Source: Chara braunii (Eukaryota > Plantae > Charophyceae). Taken from it: a stretch of 54,088 nt of DNA. The translations under genes and the position numbers were made by a program. The stretch is taken from positions 3,836,394 to 3,890,481 of the forward strand of contig BFEA01000034.1 of assembly GCA_003427395.1 (NCBI GenBank), in the 5' to 3' direction. Below the pieces are notes generated by a model. It worked only from the letters and a program-made list of their open reading frames with translations, was not told the DNA's origin and made no database searches. This document shows, piece after piece, positions 47,400-54,088 of this stretch; position 1 is the stretch's first letter; each line of letters opens with the position of its first letter.

Positions 47400-47625
47400 A
47401 CACATCCAACATGGAGCAAAGCAGCACATGACCTACTCACATCACGGGTGAACCCCGCAGACTGTTGGTTCCCACCACCCACTGAGCCAGGGAGACACTC
47501 TGACGGACGTCTGTCATCACCCATATAGACCATATGCACCACACAGACATCATGAACAGAGCGGCTCCCCTAAGAGTCCTGCAGGCACTCCAAACAACAG
47601 ACCACCTACTGTTAAGCACTTCTTG
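47400..47625 (-). mobile_element. Possible L1 ORF2 fragment continuing the 44085-45925 element beyond the Gypsy insert
   Basis: LNSRWS..TLRGAALFMMSVW..IW resembles the post-RT motif W..LS..GR..L..SVL...W. Confidence 0.4.
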
Positions 47626-47677
47626 AGGGTGCTCACTCAGACACACAGAAAGTACTTTGAAAAAAAGAGAGGAAAGT

Positions 47678-47954
47678 CATGCATACCAGAGTCACCCGGG
47701 ACCACTTGCCCGGACGGGCCAAAAAGAAAAAAAGAAAAAAAAATCAAAATTTTTTTTCATTTTAAATTTGGTAAAAAATTTCGATATCACCCTGAGGCAA
47801 AAGTTGTTCAGTTTATTTTTCTGCATAAAATAGTTTATTGTTTCGGAATTTTTTGGAGTTTTTTTTTTTTTTTTTCTGGGAACTTCTCTGGTCCTTGCAC
47901 GGCCGGGCCACCTGGGAAAACAGGGTGACCCGGGCGGCCCGGCTGGTAGCCTTG
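47678..47954. mobile_element. Short MITE related (in inverted orientation) to the 38070-39694 hAT-like element
   Basis: TIR CATGCATACCAG / CTGGTAGCCTTG; 47755-47815 is the reverse complement of ~39475-39535; no TSD seen. Confidence 0.6.
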
Positions 47955-49232
47955 TGTGTGTGCGTGTGTGTTGGGGCGCATGTGTATTTCGTAGTGAAGA
48001 GAGAAAGGAAAAAAACATGAAAAAGAAAGAAAGATTTAGGCTCTGCAAGTCTCACATTTCCACTTTGTCTGGTTTCAAACCATATTCGACAGCTCGAAAT
48101 CAGTTATTCGCATGCCTAAGTGCTCACTGGCTTTGTCTAAGGTTCTACATGAAATGTCTATATCACTTCAGGTGATGGATGACACGTTGCTGTCGACCTG
48201 CCCAAATCGGTTCATATCTGATCTAAATTGGAGATTCAAGCTGCCTACCGTGGTTCGAAACCTGACGAAGTGGATATAGCTTTGTCTAAATCGCCTCCTT
48301 ATTTATCCAATTTACCTGACCGAAGGAGTAATATCAACACATGGCATGTCTGTCGAAAGCCGGCAAATGCGAAAGAACATGAAGGATCAAAGACAGTTCA
48401 GCACAGATGGCTGCATTCTGGTTAACGTCCTCTACAGAATACGTGCAAGGAGAGAACTTTTAGTGAGAGACAGCCACGTGTCACGCACAGCCATAGATCT
48501 AAACAGCGCTCTTCACTNNNNNNNNNNNNNNNNNNNNNNNNNNNNNNNNNNNNNNNNNNNNNNNNNNNNNNNNNNNNNNNNNNNNNNNNNNNNNNNNNNN
48601 NNNNNNNNNNNNNNNNNNNNNNNNNNNNNNNNNNNNNNNNNNNNNNNNNNNNNNNNNNNNNNNNNNNNNNNNNNNNNNNNNNNNNNNNNNNNNNNNNNNN
48701 NNNNNNNNNNNNNNNNNNNNNNNNNNNNNNNNNNNNNNNNNNNNNNNNNNNNNNNNNNNNNNNNNNNNNNNNNNNNNNNNNNNNNNNNNNNNNNNNNNNN
48801 NNNNNNNNNNNNNNNNNNNNNNNNNNNNNNNNNNNNNNNNNNNNNNNNNNNNNNNNNNNNNNNNNNNNNNNNNNNNNNNNNNNNNNNNNNNNNNNNNNNN
48901 NNNNNNNNNNNNNNNNNNNNNNNNNNNNNNNNNNNNNNNNNNNNNNNNNNNNNNNNNNNNNNNNNNNNNNNNNNNNNNNNNNNNNNNNNNNNNNNNNNNN
49001 NNNNNNNNNNNNNNNNNNNNNNNNNNNNNNNNNNNNNNNNNNNNNNNNNNNNNNNNNNNNNNNNNNNNNNNNNNNNNNNNNNNNNNNNNNNNNNNNNNNN
49101 NNNNNNNNNNNNNNNNNNNNNNNNNNNNNNNNNNNNNNNNNNNNNNNNNNNNNNNNNNNNNNNNNNNNNNNNNNNNNNNNNNNNNNNNNNNNNNNNNNNN
49201 NNNNNNNNNNNNNNNNNNNNNNNNNNNNNNNN

Positions 49233-49302
<70 letters not shown>

Positions 49303-49582
49303 GTTGCTTTTCTGCCACTCCCTCGCCCGGTAAGCAGGGGTGTGATGGCACGGTTCTTCTTCTTTCTTCTTTGTTCTTCTTCTGCGTTGCACTATTTCTA
49401 CATGTTGTCCGCCCAATTAGACTACTACTCACCGAATTCGGAGTTCATAAGGAGACGCACTCTCCGAGGGACAGGGCGAAAGGAGTTATAACGTCGGCAC
49501 ATCCTATGATGATCGTCAACGAGCACCTTTTGACGCGTAGGCAACGCGACCCTAAACCCTTTCTCCAGCACTCCCCGCGAAT

Positions 49583-51744
49583 TCAATCAATCCCCAAGGG
49601 GACCGATCGCTCCCCTTCACCGACTCTTTCCCCACTACCCACTGCTTCTCCTCCTCCCTCTGGAGGCCTTTGCGGCTTTTGTTGTTGCTGCTGCTGCTTC
49701 CACTGCTCCAGTCTGTCCATGGTCAATTCCCCGCAACAGCTAGCTCGGCCTCGCCCTTGAGCACCAGCTGCGCCCCCATCACACCCATCTTCTCCACCTC
49801 CTCCCTCCTGTCCTCCCCCCTGCGACCTAGCCACCAGTTGCTGCTGCTGCCGCTGCTGCTGCTGCTTCTGCGTTTGACGTCCTCGACTGTCTATAATTGG
49901 AGATTCCCCAGAACACAGCGACTGAGCCCGGGAGTGTCTATGGGAGCCGCCGCCCCCATCCCCTCCCCCTCTTCCTCCGAATCCCCCTCTACCTCCTCCT
50001 CCTCCTCCTCCTCCTCCTCCAAGATCACAACCACTGCTCCCGCAGTGATTCTCATAGTTATTTATACCTGACGACATAGCCACGGCTTGCCGATCAACCT
50101 TGTTGAGGATGGTCACTGGCACTTCCGTCTCGCCCATGGCCGTCCCTAGCTTCGGTACCATTATTTCCAACCCCGTGGAGAGGGGGTCGAAGTTGGCAAT
50201 CAGATTGGAATTGGGAGGAAGCAGGAGGGGAAGATGAACCTCTCGGGAGAACAGGCCGGTCTTGCAGATCTCCGGGTTCGCGTCCGCGAGTTTGAAAATC
50301 CGACCGTTACGCATCAACGTGTTACCGCCGCCGATGCTGGTGGCGGTAACTTTGACAACGCAGTCCGCGGCGGTGTTTCGCCACGTCACCCGGACGCTCT
50401 TCTTGTCCACGTACGGCAGCGCCACCCGGATGAGGTAGCCGTGCGCATCCTCGTACACAGTCTTGGAGGCGGTCACGGGACCGGAGTGGCAGGCCAGAAC
50501 CCCCTTGACAAGGCTCTGCCAGGACGTCGCGCACTGGTCGCCCACCGTGAGCGACGGGGAAGACGCAGGCGTGTTCACGTTAGAAGGGGAGGAAGAGGCA
50601 GGGGCTGAGAGCGGGGAGAACGAGCCGGCTCCCCCACCAATAGAAGCGCGTGGAGTTCCGCCGCCATGCGACGGCGTAGTGCCCGTGGTCCCGCCGCCGC
50701 CACCGCCCGATCCCACAAAAGGACCCCCCAGCTGAAGAGGAGACAGGGGTCGTTCGCCAGCTCGTGTATCTCGCGGCCTCCTCCGGGAGCGAGGAAAGGA
50801 AAGCTCTCCCTGTCAGGTCGCTCCATTTCTTTCTGTCTTCCTCGCTGATGCGGGATGCCTCCGCCGCCACTTTCTGTATCCCTGCTATGCACACCGGGTT
50901 TTTAAGATGGTAATCCTTGTGGAGAAGAGGGTAGGTCCTCGTAAAACCCTCTGCAGGGGGATAGGGGAAGACGAGCTCCTCGTCGCCAAAGCTGCGACCA
51001 TTGATGAAGCTATGGAGTTGTCCGGGGCCCAAAGCATTAGACATTGCGTCCTTGAAGGACCACATATACATATTGGCCAGCTCATGAACAACCACATACT
51101 TCGAGCTGTCGATATCCCGAGGAGGAGAGAGAAGAGAACAGAGAAGAGGAGAAGAACCGGCACAAAGTGTGGTATCCATAGCCATAGCTTCGCTTCCTCC
51201 TCCTCCTCCACCTCCTCCTCCTCCTCCTGCTGCTGCTGCTTCGTCGGTTCCCCTCGTAGCCAATGCGAGGGAGGTTATTGGATCGGCACCGGATGGAAGC
51301 ATGCTGCTTCCCGCGTCTTTCTCCTTGTAGGCGGGCTTGAAAAAGGTGAGGAAGAAGAACCGGGCGGCCCACAACACGTCCTTGTTAGGGCGCGGGCGCT
51401 TCACAAAAGTGCGGATCATCATCTGCTGCTGCTGCTGTTGACTTGAATCCTGCTGAGGAAGAGGGCCATGGGAAGACCAGTCGCGTCCCCCTCCTCCCCC
51501 TCCCCCTCCCCCTCCGCCGCTGCTGCCACCTCCACAACAAGTCGACAAACCCGCCCAGTTCGCACCCGGCGCGACACCGCCCACGTGTGTTGATGGATAC
51601 GAGTCGCTCGCCATCGGATCCCACGACGCACCATTGTCGCTCGGGCGGCAAGGTGTCGTGATCGCGCAACGATTCTCAAACGGATCGCGTGCACAGTGAC
51701 AATAACACCGCTTGCTCGGACACCCACAGTTCCGTGTACCTTTC

Positions 51745-51749
<5 letters not shown>
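49583..51749 (-). CDS. SLT1/FYD-family protein with C-terminal HSP20-like (alpha-crystallin) domain; intronless, one +1 frameshift near 50755-50720 (pseudogene or assembly error)
   Basis: DVLWAARFF..FFKP, HELANMYMWSFKD..NALG..QL.S.INGRS, NPVCIAGI..EEDRKKWSDLTGR..SWR; then GPVTASKTVYED..GYLI..LPYVD..VRVTWRN..FKLAD..F.RE..LEIMVPK, as in Arabidopsis SLT1/FYD proteins. Confidence 0.85.
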
Positions 51750-51804
<55 letters not shown>

Positions 51805-51879
51805 NNNNNNNNNNNNNNNNNNNNNNNNNNNNNNNNNNNNNNNNNNNNNNNNNNNNNNNNNNNNNNNNNNNNNNNNNNN

Positions 51880-51969
<90 letters not shown>

Positions 51970-51996
51970 AACACACACACACGCGCGCGCGCGCGC
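51750..51996 (-). repeat. (GC)n/(GT)n/(GCGT)n/(GA)n compound microsatellite abutting the start codon (contains a gap)
   Basis: On the minus strand (GA)n runs directly into ATG 51749. Confidence 0.9.
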
Positions 51997-52280
51997 GGGG
52001 GCGCACGTGTTGAACAGGCCGTTCAGAGAATTTCTCCTCACCTCTTACTGCGAATTGATGGCGCTGCCATGAGGAGCATGACGGAAATTAGAATATCCAT
52101 CTCGATTCAAAACAATCGTAGTAATAAGTAAGGGCAATTGCGGTCGGTGGTGCAGAGGCGCACGTTGCGCGCGCAGAGTGCTGTCAGTCTCTCTCCGGCG
52201 CTCCGGTCGCAGAGAAACGAGCAGCTGTCTGTCGTCCATGCCGCTCGTGACGATCGTTCGCCGTCTTTGTCAACCATCCG

Positions 52281-52429
52281 CGTAGGCAACCATAAACATC
52301 AACTTCGATTTCTCGATTTGTGAGTGTCATCGTTGCGCAGGAGCCATGCTATTTTAATCGTAGGCAATCATAGACATCAACTATGATTTCTCGATTTGTG
52401 CTTGTCACCGTTGCGCAGGAGCCATGCTC
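52281..52429. repeat. ~79-bp tandem duplication upstream of the SLT1/FYD-like gene
   Basis: CGTAGGCAA.CATA.ACATCAACT..GATTTCTCGATTTGTG..TGTCA.CGTTGCGCAGGAGCCATGCT twice. Confidence 0.9.
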
Positions 52430-53094
52430 ATAAATCTTCTTCTCTGTCTCTTTCGAATTTTGACGGATGTGATCGCCGTCAGCCGCTCTCCTCCCATTCT
52501 TTCTTCACCAACTGACGTACTCCCGTGATTCACTATTCCCTTCAGCCAGACGACCGACACTTGTCGCCATCTCGCGCACATACTGAGGCGAAACCTCGGC
52601 AGATCGCGAGCAAGCCGTGTTCCTTTCATCGCTTCCCCTCATGCCTCCATTGAGACACGACCCGAACCGTCACTGAATTTTCGTACGAGTCCTGGGAACA
52701 GGGGATAGGCATGGCCTGACACAGGACGACGGACGGGCCAGGGAAGGCCCCTCACAACCGAAACAACAATTTTGGACCACAATAAAAAATTAAAAATTAA
52801 AAAAAAAAAAATTGTTCCGTCTGAGGTTTGATGTTGGGACGTGGTTGGACCGACCTTGGTAATGGGGCCCTTAGCCTGAGAANAATAAGGGTCAAAAAAA
52901 AAAAAAAAAAAAAAAGGGGGTCGGAACTTCAGGTCCCTCTTCATTCTATCTACGACCAGGGGCCAAGTCCCACTTACCCGAATGATCGATTTCTGACCGC
53001 AGATTTGGAAGATCGACGACCAGAAATCAAGGATCAGTGTAAGTGGGACTTGGCCCCAGTTGTGATCCAGTTTGACAGACAGCTCTTGAGCGTA

Positions 53095-54017
53095 TCAAGT
53101 TGGCGGTTCGGTTACCAGAAGCGCCATGTCCGCGGATGAACCTAAGGGCATGCTCGCACTCCGATTTTTTTTATTTTTTTTTTTAATTTCAAGTTGGCGG
53201 TTCGGTTACCAGAAGCGCCATGTCCGCGGATGAACCTAAGGCCATGCTCGCACTCCAATTTTTTTTATTCGCAGCCCTTAGGCTGCAGTATAGTGGGCTT
53301 CCGCGTCTGTGTCAAGGTGTCGCATTTTTGGCAGCGGGCGACCAGGACGCAAAGTGGGTTCTTAGGGGGCAAAAAAAATTGGGGGACCGGTCCTTGGGAA
53401 AATTGCGGACTACCTACGGCTAGCTCTGGTAGAACCGGGACTTTTGGAAAAAAGGACCGGTCCTCGGGTGGAAGTGGACCCCAAAAAGAAGTAGGGGGCG
53501 TTGGACCGGACCCCGGGTAGAAGCGGACCCCAAAAAGAAGTGAGGGCATGTGAACTGCAAAAGGGCCCTCAGGCCCAGGCATTGAGCCCCGTCTTCTCAT
53601 CAAAACAGGGAGGTCAGGCACAACGAAATAGGCGTTTTGCAAAAGGCAACTTTGTCGATTTTATGTGCTCGGACGAACATGCACAAAAATCTGAAATTTT
53701 GAGAATCCATAGATGAGGTCGTGTTCTTTCCATAAATAATAATAGAACATTTACAAAAAATCATTTACACTGCGAAATTGTCGCGCCGATTCGGCACATT
53801 TTCCATTTTTGCCACTCAGCCATGCCTGGGCCAACTAAAAATATACTCCAAATTTAGTGAGCTTTCACACTCAGAAGAACGCGTGAAAAAAACCTGAAAA
53901 TTGGAGTACTCGTAGATTTTGTTGTGATTTTTCCTGGAAAAATGCTAAATAAATTTTAAAAAATCATTCCAACTGCAAAATAAATCGCAGCCGCAATTTG
54001 ACCCATATTTCAATTTT

Positions 54018-54088
<71 letters not shown>
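53095..54088 (+). mobile_element. Longer copy of the dispersed repeat, with an internal ~95-bp tandem duplication, ending in (TC)n at the window edge
   Basis: 53269-54025 is colinear with 22946-23720; TCAAGTTGGCGGTTCGGTTACCAGAAGCGCC occurs twice (53095, 53189); left boundary unknown. Confidence 0.85.

Overview
Eukaryotic, repeat-dense genomic DNA with several N gaps. The two host genes are plant-type, and the TE landscape and long GA/CA microsatellites are most consistent with a streptophyte alga such as Chara (inference). Only two host genes are recognisable, and both read as intronless. One is a RELCH/KIAA1468-like LisH + HEAT protein (+, 26767-31173). The other is an SLT1/FYD-family HSP20-like (alpha-crystallin domain) gene (-, 51749-49583) broken by one frameshift. 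The rest is mostly nested transposons. There are at least six L1-clade LINE copies or fragments, including a full-length copy (16795-25640) bounded by an exact 13-bp TSD and carrying two nested insertions. There are also two inverted chromovirus-type Ty3/Gypsy remnants, hAT-like non-autonomous elements, a dispersed repeat built around an internal (TC)n, and several tandem repeats. The most interesting signals are a conserved, unannotated, possibly Nudix-fold-like C-terminal domain in the unusually long L1 ORF1 (three diverged copies), a conserved hairpin plus H-type pseudoknot at the L1 3' termini, and a decayed ~1.19-kb tandem unit with codon-like divergence and conserved palindromes inside an L1 whose ORF2 has eroded far more than its ORF1. 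All calls were made by eye; no database searches were run.
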